Notes: generated by a model from the sequence alone, not told the origin. Shown: positions 30,394 through 41,447, counted from the first letter of the stretch. The stretch: DNA of 64,000 bases from Candidatus Woesearchaeota archaeon (GCA_965205335.1 OZ242164.1:128001-192000), one strand, 5' to 3'. A program made the numbers and translations.

Positions 30394-31167
30394 TTATATT
30401 TCATTTTTTTTGTATTCAATTAAAAATTTTTCAGGAGTATATTTATCTATTTTATGATTTGCTTTTAACATTGCATAACTTGTATATTTTGCTTGATCAG
30501 GTGTGATTCCATATCTCTTTATACATGGAATTTCTACAAACCTATTATAAGTAGGAACTTCAAGCAATGGACTTAACATTGGATTTTCAAGTATTAATTT
30601 CATCATAAAAAATATTTTTTTGTTTTGATTCAGTCCAGAAAAATTATCAGATTTCTTGATTTTTACAGAGATTTTATCTTCAATATATGATTTTTCAATA
30701 AAACTAAATAATGTGTTCTTATGCATCTCAAACTCTTTAATTTTATCATTGAAAAAATGTTCAAGTAATGAATTTTCATCTAATTTTAATTGATTTTCAA
30801 AAAAATTTAGAATTTTACCTATTATTGAAGTAAAGCCTAAACAGCATTCTAAAAGTTCTTGGGAAGAATTTACAAGTAAAGTAATATGTAAAACTCCATT
30901 ATGGAAGAACTCATTATCTATTTTAGAGATTTCACATTGCAAATGTGGATAGTGATGTTTTTGAGATTTATCGTGTCTTTCAATTGCAATTCTAACATCA
31001 ACTGTAAAATCAATATCTTTACTAACCTCTCCCTTCAAACTAAATTTAAACTCATGATTTTCATCATTACTTGCTTGAAACTCAAATGAAACTCTGTTTT
31101 TTTTGTAAACTGGATTCCTAATTGCCTCTTCAATATCTGTAAAACTTGGGTTTTCTGGATTATTCAT
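30394..31167 (-). CDS. Hypothetical protein
   Basis: 257-aa ORF containing HHYPHLQ. Confidence 0.6.
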   Translation of the reverse strand: MNNPENPSFTDIEEAIRNPVYKKNRVSFEFQASNDENHEFKFSLKGEVSKDIDFTVDVRIAIERHDKSQKHHYPHLQCEISKIDNEFFHNGVLHITLLVNSSQELLECCLGFTSIIGKILNFFENQLKLDENSLLEHFFNDKIKEFEMHKNTLFSFIEKSYIEDKISVKIKKSDNFSGLNQNKKIFFMMKLILENPMLSPLLEVPTYNRFVEIPCIKRYGITPDQAKYTSYAMLKANHKIDKYTPEKFLIEYKKNEI

Positions 31168-31221
31168 TTTTGATACTATTTTTTTTGTTTATTTATTAAT
31201 TGTTACCTTCTTTAAGGTCAT

Positions 31222-32448
31222 CTAAACCTTGTTTGATGCCTTTAAAATAGAGTATTCAATTTCTGCATAAAAAGGATCATTTCGGTTTGCTTTCTTAAGT
31301 CTGAGTAATGCATACTTCTCATTTTTGTTTAAAAGAACCCCTATATTCTGCAAGTCTATAATTCGTGTTCTTGAACTCATATCTACACTAGCCAATCTGT
31401 TCTTACTAATACTACTAAGAGATACATCATTGGTTCTATTTTTTATCAAACCAACTCCTTTCATATTACTAGGGTCTCGATATAAATAAAGAGAATTATC
31501 ACCGCAACTACTAACTTTAATTGTAAAAGAATATAAGCCCTTGCCGATTTGATACATACCATCATTATTGGAGTAGTCAAACTTAATAGTCCCTTTCATT
31601 AATTGAAGTTTAAAAGATTCAATTTTCTCACTAATATCTTTTTCTTTAATATTGTGAGTTAAGTTTAATTTATTTAATTTATATTCCCAATATCCTAACT
31701 TTGAAACTAAGCTATTTGTAATATTACCTTTAATTTTAAAATTCTCCTTTAACAAATTATAAAGAACTGTAAAATAAATAATACATTCTCCAATAATTTC
31801 TCCTTTTTTTAAATCAATTTTATCAGATTCGTTAAATAACATATAAATAATTTTGAAGAATTCATCTAATGAAATTTCTTTCCCATCTCTTGTAATTTTT
31901 TCTAATTTAATATTAAATTGGTACGAGTCGTCAACTGGACTAAATTTATTACAAGAATATTTTATTTTCATATCTAAAAATTCAAATATTTTTGAAGTTC
32001 TTTGATATTTATTAATATCTATGTTAATTAAGTTTTTAGATTTTTCTAAAGAAGTTAAAAAAATATCATTTTCTGCTTTCAATCTATTATTTTCTTGAAT
32101 TAAGCCTAAAATTAATTCTTCATAACTAGAGTTAAATTTATTTAACTTATCTAGAAGTTTCTTAGTCCCATAGGAAAGTTTAATTGAAGATTTTAGGTCA
32201 AATGTAGAAATATTGTTTGAATTTATATATTTATTTATATCTGGAATACTATGAGCTATTCTATTTCTTAATTTAAGATAATCCTTATTTAAATCTGATT
32301 TAGGGTTCTTTGGTTTGATTAAATTAAACATATCATTTAGTAGGAAGGGTATAAATAAATACATATCATCATTATTGAAGTGAATTTTCTCTTCTTTAAT
32401 TCTATCAAGTTCTTTATCCATCTTCATTTCTTTTTTAGTTCTTCTCAT
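31222..32448 (-). CDS. Hypothetical protein with an N-terminal HEPN-like RxxxxH motif
   Basis: LRNRIAH in a 408-aa ORF. Confidence 0.55.
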   Translation of the reverse strand: MRRTKKEMKMDKELDRIKEEKIHFNNDDMYLFIPFLLNDMFNLIKPKNPKSDLNKDYLKLRNRIAHSIPDINKYINSNNISTFDLKSSIKLSYGTKKLLDKLNKFNSSYEELILGLIQENNRLKAENDIFLTSLEKSKNLINIDINKYQRTSKIFEFLDMKIKYSCNKFSPVDDSYQFNIKLEKITRDGKEISLDEFFKIIYMLFNESDKIDLKKGEIIGECIIYFTVLYNLLKENFKIKGNITNSLVSKLGYWEYKLNKLNLTHNIKEKDISEKIESFKLQLMKGTIKFDYSNNDGMYQIGKGLYSFTIKVSSCGDNSLYLYRDPSNMKGVGLIKNRTNDVSLSSISKNRLASVDMSSRTRIIDLQNIGVLLNKNEKYALLRLKKANRNDPFYAEIEYSILKASNKV

Positions 32449-32506
32449 TTTACATTCAGTATACCATGTATATAAGTCATACTTATTTATAAAATTAACT
32501 ATTTAA

Positions 32507-32625
32507 GGGCTTTGTACGAAAAGTAACAATTGCTTTAAAAAAGATTAAAACATTATATTATATATTGATAATTTTAATTATTTCTAATTTATTATTAATT
32601 CTTAATGACTTTTCGTACAAAGCCC
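32507..32625. mobile_element. Family-3 MITE (IS903-like ends)
   Basis: Perfect 18-bp TIR GGGCTTTGTACGAAAAGT around an AT-rich non-coding core, 119 bp. Confidence 0.8.
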
Positions 32626-33069
32626 ATTTTAAGGAAAATTGATACAGTATTTAATAAAGGAATTTCCTTTTACACATTTAAGGAAAATATAGAGAAAATA
32701 CTGGGTTGAGAAATTTAAACAAAATAAATGAAATAGATTATAGAAATAAATTAGATGAAATAGACGAAAATTATAGAGCAGGAATAAAAAGAGAAAAGGG
32801 AGAATTAGAGAGAAAGAAAAAAGAATATGAAATGAGAAATCCAGACAAAACTTTTTTTGTGCCACAAAGAAAAGAATACAAATCTCATTTCCATCAGAAA
32901 TTACTTGAAATAAATTATTTTGAAGATAGAATTGATAGTTAAAAATGAATAAATACATAAACCAGATGCTAAGCGAGGAAAAATTTGAAGCTCATTTCTG
33001 TGAAAAATTAGAAAAAAATATAAACTACAATGCAGATAGTTCATTTAGTGATTACGATTGAGAGGTAAT

Positions 33070-33738
33070 ATGAAAGTGAAGAGAAACATTAAAAAAATCT
33101 TTTTTGACTTTGAAACTACTTATGCCAACCCACTTAAAGCAAATTTGTTTCAAGCGACATTTGTATTTACAGATGGGAACAATGAAATAATTGACGAATT
33201 AAATGAATATATCAAAATAAACGAAAGATACGAAGATTTTAATGAGGAAGAAAAACAAACCTTATTAGATATTCACAAAGTAAGAAATCAAACTGATTTA
33301 GATGAACATAATAAGAAGGGAATAAGTAATGAAGAACTTTTAGATCTTTTTGAAGAAAAAATAACAAATTTTTTTGGAGTGGATAATTTTAAGTATTGTG
33401 AGTTATATGGTTGGAATTGCAATACTTTTGATAACATAATTTTTCAAATTAAATTTAATGAAATTGTAAAGAGAGTTAATTTTAAGTATAGAATTGTTGA
33501 TTTAAAGGACAGATATTTTCTGTTAAAGAATACTATAGGATATATAAATAATGAAAGGTTAGACAAGTTTATTCTTAAAAATGGAGATTCAGTGCGGGCA
33601 AAAAATAGTTTGGAAGTTGTTTATAGATTTCTTATAGAAGATAAAGATTTAGATTTTCATAATTCTGAAACTGATGTGTTAGTTTTATTAGAATTAGATA
33701 GAAAGTTTAATGAAATATTTGAGAGTTTTAGAGAATAA
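33070..33738 (+). CDS. DEDDh 3'-5' exonuclease
   Basis: FFDFETT, GWNCNTFD, FHNSETDV. Confidence 0.8.
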   Translation: MKVKRNIKKIFFDFETTYANPLKANLFQATFVFTDGNNEIIDELNEYIKINERYEDFNEEEKQTLLDIHKVRNQTDLDEHNKKGISNEELLDLFEEKITNFFGVDNFKYCELYGWNCNTFDNIIFQIKFNEIVKRVNFKYRIVDLKDRYFLLKNTIGYINNERLDKFILKNGDSVRAKNSLEVVYRFLIEDKDLDFHNSETDVLVLLELDRKFNEIFESFRE

Positions 33739-33779
33739 GAAATGAAAGAGGTTTAAGATTACCTTTAAATCAAAATGGA

Positions 33780-33990
33780 GAAAGATTAGAAAATTTAAAA
33801 CCTTTAACAGTTATTGCAAATGAAAATTATAAATCTTATGTTGAAAAGTTACAAACTGAGTATGTTGATGATTTTGGCATTGGATCATCAATTCCTGTGA
33901 AAAATGCTAAGAATAGAACAATAATAAAGTTAAAAAAAGTTTTAAGTTAAATGAGAATTTCAAAGAAATTTGGAATAAAATAAACAAATT
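33780..33990 (+). pseudogene. Type III restriction (Res) subunit fragment
   Basis: LTVIANENYKSYVEKLQTEY...FKEIWNKINK in broken frames. Confidence 0.5.
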
Positions 33991-34484
33991 AGGTTTAAAA
34001 GTTTTGAAATTTATAAAAAAGAATTAGAATTTAAAGTAAGTATTAACGCAGGAGAAGAAGGTAAGTAAAAATGACAGATGAAAATTTAATCAATGAATTA
34101 ATGAATAGAATTAAACATGTTAAGAAAGGGGAAGTTATGAGTAATCCAAAAGTTTAAATATAATAACCTCTCAGAAATATATGTGGGAGTTATTACAATG
34201 AATGAATTAAGTACAGAAGTATCTATTTTGAAAAATGAAATACTAGATATGAAGAAGAAAATTATAGACAGAGATTTATATCTTACACCTAAGGAGAAAA
34301 AAGATTTTCTTCAGTCACTAAAAGAATACAATAAAGGAATTAATTTCTCTTTGAATGATATATAAAAAGAAAGACTTTCAGAAAATGTATGAACTTTCAT
34401 TTTCAAATCAAGCAAGGAAGTTTTTATTGAAATTAGATTATTCTGTTTAAAAGTTCTAATGGTTTTTGTATTGTGTAAAATATC

Positions 34485-35060
34485 TTGATTTTTGAAGAGA
34501 GAAAGGAACAACTTGAATTGCCAGAAGAGGCGTTGAGAGAAGCAATTATAAATGCAATAGTTCATAGGGATTATTTTTCCACAGGACATATACAAATAGA
34601 TATTTTTCTTGATAGAATTGAGATAAGCAATCCAGGAGGTCTTGTTAAAGGTTTGGCAGAAAAAGACTTTGGAAAAGTAAGTTTGCCACGTAATCCTTTG
34701 ATAATGGATCTGATGTTAAGGATAAATAAGGTTGAGAAAATTGGTTCAGGGATAGGAAGAATAAAAGATTCAATGAAGTTGTTTGGTCTTGGTGTTAAAT
34801 TTGAGAGCACTGGGTTTTTCACAGTTGTTTTAAGAAGAGTTTCTACCCCCCTAGATACCCCCCAAGTTGAATTTACTGAATTGGAGAAAAAGATGTTGTT
34901 AGAAATACAAACAAATCCCCGGATTTCAAGAAATGAGTTGGCAATTAATTTGGGCATTAGTTCTGATACAGTTAAAGAGCACATTGAGAAGTTGAAGTCT
35001 AAAAATGCGATAAGAAGAATCGAGAAAACAAGTACAGGACATTGGGAGATTTTAAAATAA
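34485..35060 (+). pseudogene. C-terminal HATPase_c_4 + HTH part of an AlbA/RecG-C-like regulator
   Basis: ALREAIINAIVHRDY, ISNPGGL, RNP, EKIGSG; N-terminus missing. Confidence 0.8.
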
Positions 35061-35143
35061 AACTTCAATTATAGAAGTAACTATACCAATAATTGGCAAA
35101 ATCACACCAACAATTGGCATATATTTGTAAACTTTACAGAAGG

Positions 35144-36193
35144 TCATAAACTATCAATATATGAAGAAAGTTCCTCAAAACTCTTCCTAAAATCTTTTAT
35201 ATCAAATAATTTCAAATCCCCATACTTTTCAATATCCTCCCAAACATTAAACCGAGTTCCAGTTGAGAAAAAAAGTTTCCTTACTTCAATTCCATAATTA
35301 TTCTCAATTATCCTAATCTTTCCTAGAAAATTAGTTATATCCTCTTGAGTAATATGGGCTGAGTTTTTGCACTCTATAAACAACAAATTGTTTCTATGTA
35401 TAATAAAAGAACCATCTAACTCAAAATACCCTGTAAGTCCTCGTCTAGGAGAATGTTTAGGATTAACAAATATGAATGGATTTGAATGAATTTTCTCAAC
35501 TCCCATCCTGTCTAACAAAGAATGAACGTAACACTCAAAAGGTTTGTGAAGTTGGTAAGTATAAAAGAAATTATTCAGATGAGAAATTCCTTCTTGTTTT
35601 ACAATTATATAATTTTCATTGTCCGTTTCATAATAACTTCTATCAATTTTATTCAATACCTCTTTAAAAGGTTCTAAAATATCTTCTTTAAAATTAGGAT
35701 TCCTCTTATAATAAGATAATTGATTCAGGAAATAATTTGTCAAATTTGAATAATAAGACTCATTATCGTCCTGAGGCTCTCCTTTAATAAATCCAAATCT
35801 ATGAATTTGGAAAATATCATTCAACTCTTCTTCAATTCCATCAATCTCTGGTTTAGTAATAAATTTATCTCTTTCATCTCTAAGTTTGTCGAAATTAATT
35901 TCTGTATCGAGTCGAGAAAGTCTTATTATAGAGTTTTTATTGAATTGTACAAAGAAATGTTGAATATTAACACATAAAAAATTTCTTACATTAGGATTGC
36001 TAACTATTAAATTGCTAATTTCGTCTTGGTTCTCTAAATCTGTGATAATATGAATTTTATGTCTTGCTGGTAAATTTGGATATTTTTCATCTAAAAAAAA
36101 TAACTTTCTCTCTCCTACTTCTATAGAACTAATAAACTTTTTCAGAGATTTTGGTACTCTTTCAATGTTACTATCAATTTCTCCATTAGGCAT
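35144..36193 (-). CDS. Protein with a C-terminal PD-(D/E)XK restriction-endonuclease-like domain
   Basis: FECYV...FELDG...FIECK. Confidence 0.65.
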   Translation of the reverse strand: MPNGEIDSNIERVPKSLKKFISSIEVGERKLFFLDEKYPNLPARHKIHIITDLENQDEISNLIVSNPNVRNFLCVNIQHFFVQFNKNSIIRLSRLDTEINFDKLRDERDKFITKPEIDGIEEELNDIFQIHRFGFIKGEPQDDNESYYSNLTNYFLNQLSYYKRNPNFKEDILEPFKEVLNKIDRSYYETDNENYIIVKQEGISHLNNFFYTYQLHKPFECYVHSLLDRMGVEKIHSNPFIFVNPKHSPRRGLTGYFELDGSFIIHRNNLLFIECKNSAHITQEDITNFLGKIRIIENNYGIEVRKLFFSTGTRFNVWEDIEKYGDLKLFDIKDFRKSFEELSSYIDSL

Positions 36194-36202
36194 TTTAAAA
36201 AA

Positions 36203-36670
36203 TCAGGACATATACTTTGAGTATACATATTTTTTAATTTCTTTAAGTGGCCTATGATTCCACTTTTCAACGATCTTTTTAGTTTTAGAAGTATAGTCTC
36301 TATACTTTTCTTTTGTTGTAAGTCGTTTGTACATCTCATTTCCTGCACTACTTAATAAATATCTTATTTTCTTCCCTAAATTTCTCTCATCATCTGATAC
36401 AAAGGTCTCTTCTGATACTAAGATTAGATTTTTGTTTTTTAAATCAACAAGTTTGTCGTTCAAATCAAAAGAAAAGGGACCATAATGATATTTTACAAAT
36501 CTAAAACTTAAGTCTAATCCAAATTCCTCTTTTCCCAAGAATATCTCTTTATGTAATTTTGTTCTACCATCAATTTCTTCTGCAACCCCAAGAAATAGGA
36601 CTAATTTTTCTTCTGTTTCATCCAAGTTACTTTCTCCTTCCTGATGTTCTTTCACTTCCATATGTTTCAT
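36203..36670 (-). CDS. Panacea/SocA-like antitoxin-type protein
   Basis: GRTKLHKEIFL...FVKYHYGPFS; upstream of the nuclease-like gene. Confidence 0.65.
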   Translation of the reverse strand: MKHMEVKEHQEGESNLDETEEKLVLFLGVAEEIDGRTKLHKEIFLGKEEFGLDLSFRFVKYHYGPFSFDLNDKLVDLKNKNLILVSEETFVSDDERNLGKKIRYLLSSAGNEMYKRLTTKEKYRDYTSKTKKIVEKWNHRPLKEIKKYVYSKYMS

Positions 36671-36820
36671 TTCCCCTTAATTCCTTATATTTATGTACAA
36701 TGATTATATAGTAACAACAAATAAACCTCTATTTAAATTATTTATGTTCTATTGGTTCTGTAATAAATTCGGCTGTTTTTATTTATTTGATTTTAATCAA
36801 TAAGAAGGAAACTAAATAAT

Positions 36821-38314
36821 CTATTTGTTTTTAACAATTTTTCTTAGTTCTGTAACAATATCTACCATTGCCATTGTATCTAATTCACAATACTCTTTAA
36901 GTGCCGTTCTTATTTTATTAATTTTTACCTGATCTACACATTTATGAATTGAATAATAATACATAACGCTGGCATGCATACCATCTTCAATATCCATACC
37001 TTCATATGATTTATTTGGAACTAATGCTGGTAAAACATTCTTAATTGAGCAACTGCCCAACTGTTTGGGATTATAATAATAGAAATTTCTAAAGATAATT
37101 AACAGGTCTACAAATCTTGTCATTAATGAATTAATCCAATCCTTATACTCGGGTAAAAATTCTGCTACTTTTTTCATAACTCCTTTTTCAAAAACTTCGC
37201 TATAAACAATAATTGAACCAGTATTACCAATACTGTCTTTAACATGTTGTATAAAATCATGTCTTGGGTCTTCTTTACCTTCTGCTAAAAATTCAATATG
37301 TTTTAATTCACTTGTAGGTGTTTCTTGAATGTGCAATGAAAATTGAAAAGGTATTCCTTGATAAGGTCTTACTCCATCATATAAAGGAACAGCAGAACTA
37401 TAAGTTTCAAAGTCAATATAATAAAGTGGATACTCTAATCTATCTAATTCTTTTTGAATGTTTTTTGGTTCAACATGAATGCAACTATCTTGCTCGCATT
37501 TAACTTGAATCTGTTGTTTTTCATCTAAATTATAGTCTTCTGGTATGTCTTTAATTTTAACAATATTTGAATTATACAAATCACTTGATTTCTTTCCGCC
37601 ACGATACAGGTTAAATACTGAATTTTTTGGTAAGAATCCCCAATCAAGTTCAGGCATACGACAAGTTTTAGGACTTTCACAATGTTCACCAAATCTTAAA
37701 CTATCATATTTATCATTATTAATTATTTTTTGAAAAATAGCAATCTTTTTGTTAATTCCGTCCATTGTATCATAGACTTTTTGTGTGATATCTTTTTTAA
37801 TAAAAAATTCTTGTGGATCAATCTCTCCTTGTTTTACATACTGATTATTAACATGTAATAAAAATATTTTTCTAATTCTCAATCCATAGCCTTTGTAACA
37901 ATGAACTTGAAATGATAAATCATGTAAATGTTCATGTTTAACTGATGTTGAACTTTTAACTTCAATTATATCCCATTCATCTTTTCCAACTGGAACTAAA
38001 ATATCTGCTCTACTATAACAATTATCAAATCTAAATCCTGCTTCAAATAATGGTTTTCTTTTTTGTGATAATTCTTGTGATAATTCTAAAGATTTATTAA
38101 AATCACTTTCAGGAATATCAATACCTTCAGGATAAAGTTGTTTTGCTAATTGTCCCACAATATGTCCTTCATCAAACCTATGCTGTGTACTCATATCAAC
38201 GTCAGGTATATTCTCTTTATCATTGCATGAGATCCATAATGAACGGGGACACTGTAATCCAGTCATATATCTTGATTTAGTTAGTAATTTAGGAAATTTG
38301 GTCATTTTAGTCAT
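36821..38314 (-). CDS. DUF2779-domain protein (RecB-like nuclease + RNase H-like domain)
   Basis: KSRYMTGLQCPR, ADIL..EVKSST, IDFET, PFQFSLH, SIKNVLP, YCELDT. Confidence 0.9.
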   Translation of the reverse strand: MTKMTKFPKLLTKSRYMTGLQCPRSLWISCNDKENIPDVDMSTQHRFDEGHIVGQLAKQLYPEGIDIPESDFNKSLELSQELSQKRKPLFEAGFRFDNCYSRADILVPVGKDEWDIIEVKSSTSVKHEHLHDLSFQVHCYKGYGLRIRKIFLLHVNNQYVKQGEIDPQEFFIKKDITQKVYDTMDGINKKIAIFQKIINNDKYDSLRFGEHCESPKTCRMPELDWGFLPKNSVFNLYRGGKKSSDLYNSNIVKIKDIPEDYNLDEKQQIQVKCEQDSCIHVEPKNIQKELDRLEYPLYYIDFETYSSAVPLYDGVRPYQGIPFQFSLHIQETPTSELKHIEFLAEGKEDPRHDFIQHVKDSIGNTGSIIVYSEVFEKGVMKKVAEFLPEYKDWINSLMTRFVDLLIIFRNFYYYNPKQLGSCSIKNVLPALVPNKSYEGMDIEDGMHASVMYYYSIHKCVDQVKINKIRTALKEYCELDTMAMVDIVTELRKIVKNK

Positions 38315-38467
38315 TTATTCTAATCTAATTTAAGAAAATATCAATCAGTTAAAAGAATTTCCTTTTTCATTTGAATAATTTTCCTAAAAATTTACCAAGC
38401 TTACAATTTATTAATCCTTCAACTTGAATTTCTAGAAAAAGCCTCTCTTAATCATTGTTTAAGATTT

Positions 38468-38791
38468 TTAACTTAGTTTTGAATTTTCAAAGTCTTCTTT
38501 TTTAATTAAAACATATTTTTCCACATTCTGTAATAATTCATTTGACCTTGAAAAATTAGTATTTCTGTCTCTATTAAAATAAGTGTAAAGAATTGTTTTA
38601 ACTCCCTTTTTGTAAGCATTGTTTATCGCAGGAATAAAATCAGTATCACATGCAATTAGAATTACATTTTTTATATTTGGATATTTAGCAGAAGTCTCAA
38701 TTAAATCAATAGTTAGCAAAGTATCAACTCCTTTTTGAGAAAACTTGTACCTATTACCCTCTTTTACTCTTTGACACCTTCCTTCTCTTAT
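38468..38791 (-). pseudogene. 3' half of a class-1 NYN gene (chimera of the 17426 and 9477 copies)
   Basis: Body matches 17428-17737; tail and flank match 9449-9490. Confidence 0.85.
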
Positions 38792-39895
38792 GTTATCATC
38801 AAGTCTTTATTTTTCATAAATTTAACTAAAAATTTTGATTTCTTTATTTATAAAAGTTTAATCCATTCTATAAGTTATTAGAAAATTAAGTATTTAAGAA
38901 TAATTCCTTTGCATCTAAATATTAAAAGTAGAAATTCAAATTCCTATTGTCTTACTATCATTGAGTAGAGAAAACTATATAAATAATAATCTCTTATTAT
39001 TTTAAGTATTAAAGAGAGTTTTCACAATAAAACTCTTAAATGTTAAAAGGCATGCATTTAGTTATTTAAGAATCATATAAACTTTATATGATGGTGCAAG
39101 TTTCTTTTTAATTAACAATGGAAACAACAATTAATTTAGAAGAGAGAATAGGAAACCATATATATAATGGAGATTTTATGGGAGGAATAGAAAGTCCTTC
39201 AAAGAGGAATTTTTTAAAGAAACTTGGGGTTGGTTTAGTTAGTTTAGTAGGTTATGCAACATTATGTAGTTCAGAGGCAAATGCGCAGGGCTTACCACCG
39301 GGGATAGCAAACTGCCGTGATAGAGCAATAAGAATATTATATAGAGATCAAGTTGGAGAAGACAGAGGAAGGAGCAGCTATGGAAGCATTAATAATAGGC
39401 TGAATGGTGTAATTGGTGGATTCTTTGACAGTGTATTAGTAGAGGATAAGTCAAAAAGGATTGAGCCGGCATTGTACTTGTTAAGAGAACAAATTAATCA
39501 CAAATACCGTAGTGGGCTTGGTATTACTGTTAGATTGCCGGAGGTTAGGGATGTGCCTCAGATGTTAAATTTTGATAGAGGAATTAAAAATTTTTATATT
39601 TCTTATATTTATCAGTGGGCAGGTCGTTATATCCCGCATGAAAAAAGCATAGGGAGTGAACAGACAAAAAGAGCGACTGAGAGTAATTTTGTCCATTCAA
39701 TAGCATACGCTGCATATTCTGATACTGAAACAGCAGAACAAAAAGCAAAAGAATATTTAGAGTCAGATATGGAAGGAAAAACAAGAGTAGTTATGGACAT
39801 AAAAAAACAATTTGAGGAAATGAGTAATGGAGACAAAGAATCAAGAGACCCAAGAGACCCGTACAACAGAAAACTCGCAGCATCCTGGAGTAGTT
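38782..39895 (+). repeat. Left arm of a ~1.11-kb inverted repeat
   Basis: Reverse complement of 54293-55405 (one 1-nt indel seen). Confidence 0.92.
38952..39117 (+). promoter_or_regulatory. 166-bp conserved cassette leader, copy 1
   Basis: BRE-TATA agaaaactatataaata, several hairpins and a T-tract; six copies in the window. Confidence 0.85.
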
Positions 39896-40035
39896 TTCGG
39901 CTTGAAAGAAGTATTTTTTTTGAACAGAATGGAACAGATAGTGATAGAAATTTATCAATAAATAGACACATAGAAATCCCTCTGAGAGAAGCAGTAGGGT
40001 TCAGAATCAGAGGACCTCCTCACTATAAACTCTAA
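39118..40035 (+). CDS. Putative secreted protein, family B1 (Tat-like signal)
   Basis: SKRNFLKK + hydrophobic stretch + ANA cleavage-like site. Confidence 0.8.
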   Translation: METTINLEERIGNHIYNGDFMGGIESPSKRNFLKKLGVGLVSLVGYATLCSSEANAQGLPPGIANCRDRAIRILYRDQVGEDRGRSSYGSINNRLNGVIGGFFDSVLVEDKSKRIEPALYLLREQINHKYRSGLGITVRLPEVRDVPQMLNFDRGIKNFYISYIYQWAGRYIPHEKSIGSEQTKRATESNFVHSIAYAAYSDTETAEQKAKEYLESDMEGKTRVVMDIKKQFEEMSNGDKESRDPRDPYNRKLAASWSSFRLERSIFFEQNGTDSDRNLSINRHIEIPLREAVGFRIRGPPHYKL

Positions 40036-40322
40036 TCTGCTTCTCCTTTCTCTTCTGTTCTCTGATGACCCTCATCATTTTGTTGTCTTCTGCAATTGTC
40101 TGATGATGTTAAGTAAAATTCTACTAAACCACTCTTACTAAAATTTAATATTTTTTCTGGCTGCTTTTGTCCTTCTACTTCTACTATTCTTTTAGATTCT
40201 AATGTGTATCTTAATGTTAATTTTGGTGGTTCTCTTGTTCCTGTAAAATGTTGTCCTACTTTTTCTGAGAAACTTCCACTTGTATTTAACTCCCTGAATC
40301 TTCCAATTAAGCCATCTGACAA
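40032..40322 (-). CDS. Convergent partner fragment, type A1, variable C-tail
   Basis: Constant to SSDNCRRQQ in three copies, then a unique tail; lacks a clear start. Confidence 0.55.
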   Translation of the reverse strand: MSDGLIGRFRELNTSGSFSEKVGQHFTGTREPPKLTLRYTLESKRIVEVEGQKQPEKILNFSKSGLVEFYLTSSDNCRRQQNDEGHQRTEEKGEAD

Positions 40323-40380
40323 ATTTATTTCTTTTGAGTCAAAATTTTTTAATCCAAGAGATAAATCTTCTATACCACCA

Positions 40381-40546
40381 TTACTATCATTGAGTAGAGA
40401 AAACTATATAAATAATAATCTCTTATTATTTTAAGTATTAAAGAGAGTTTTCACAATAAAACTCTTAAATGTTAAAAGGCATGCATTTAGTTATTTAAGA
40501 ATTATATAAACTTTATATGATGGTGCAAGTTTCTTTTTAATTAACA
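40381..40546 (+). promoter_or_regulatory. 166-bp cassette leader, copy 2
   Basis: Near-identical to 38952-39117. Confidence 0.85.
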
Positions 40547-41440
40547 ATGGAAACAGCAATTAATTTAGAAGAGCGAATAGGAAACCATATAGATAATAGG
40601 AATATAATGGGAGAGATAGAAAATCCTTCAAGAAGGAATTTTTTAAAAGGACTTGGGATTGGTTTAGCGGGTTATGCAATATTTGGTGGTTTAGAGGCAA
40701 ATGCACAAGGCAGATATGATAACATGGAATTATTAAGACAACATTTACCTCCCGGGATATTAAACTGCCGTGACAGAGCAATTAGAATACTATACGCTCA
40801 GGAAGTCTCTGGCCTCTGGGATGACTTTGGTAGGCTTTATTATAGAATGAAAAGTGAATTTAATGGGTACTACGACAGTGTAATAGTAGAACCTTGGTCA
40901 AGAAAGATTGAACCTGCAATGTATTTACTAAGAGAGCAAATTAATTACAAACGTGGAGGAATTTTTGCAGATTGGCGAAAGGTTACAGATGTGCCACAGA
41001 TGTTAGCTTTTGATGAGGGGATAAGATATTTTTATATTGCTTATGTTTATGGTAATGGTAATGAACAGACAAAAAGAACTACTGAAGATAAATTTGTCCA
41101 TTCAATAGCATACGCTGCATATTCTGATACTGAAACAGCAGAACAAAAAGCAAAAGAATATTTAGAGTCAGATATGGAAGGAAAAACAAGAGTAGTTATG
41201 GACATAAAAAAACAATTTGAGGAAATGAGTAATGGAGACAAAGAATCAAGAGACCCAAGAGACCCGTACAACAGAAAATTAATGGCATCTTGGAGTAGTC
41301 TTATGCTTGAACAGAGTTATTTTTTTGAACAGAATAGAACAGATAGTGAGAGGAATCTTTCAATAAACAGACATATAGAGATTCCCCTTAGAGAAGCAGT
41401 AGGGTTCAGAATCAGAGGACCTCCTCATTATAGATATTAA
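40547..41440 (+). CDS. Putative secreted protein, family B1 (Tat signal)
   Basis: SRRNFLKG...EANA; shares a block with 39118. Confidence 0.8.
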   Translation: METAINLEERIGNHIDNRNIMGEIENPSRRNFLKGLGIGLAGYAIFGGLEANAQGRYDNMELLRQHLPPGILNCRDRAIRILYAQEVSGLWDDFGRLYYRMKSEFNGYYDSVIVEPWSRKIEPAMYLLREQINYKRGGIFADWRKVTDVPQMLAFDEGIRYFYIAYVYGNGNEQTKRTTEDKFVHSIAYAAYSDTETAEQKAKEYLESDMEGKTRVVMDIKKQFEEMSNGDKESRDPRDPYNRKLMASWSSLMLEQSYFFEQNRTDSERNLSINRHIEIPLREAVGFRIRGPPHYRY

Positions 41441-41447
41441 TTTAATT

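Noticed and set aside
32499-32634. Target-site duplication around the family-3 MITE
   Set aside because: Flanks (ctatttaa / attttaag) are similar but not identical, so a TSD cannot be claimed
40204-40434. Repeated 76-aa ORF MYLNVNFGG.. (also 41617, 53745)
   Set aside because: Antisense shadow of the A1 partner running into the leader; identity reflects DNA duplication only
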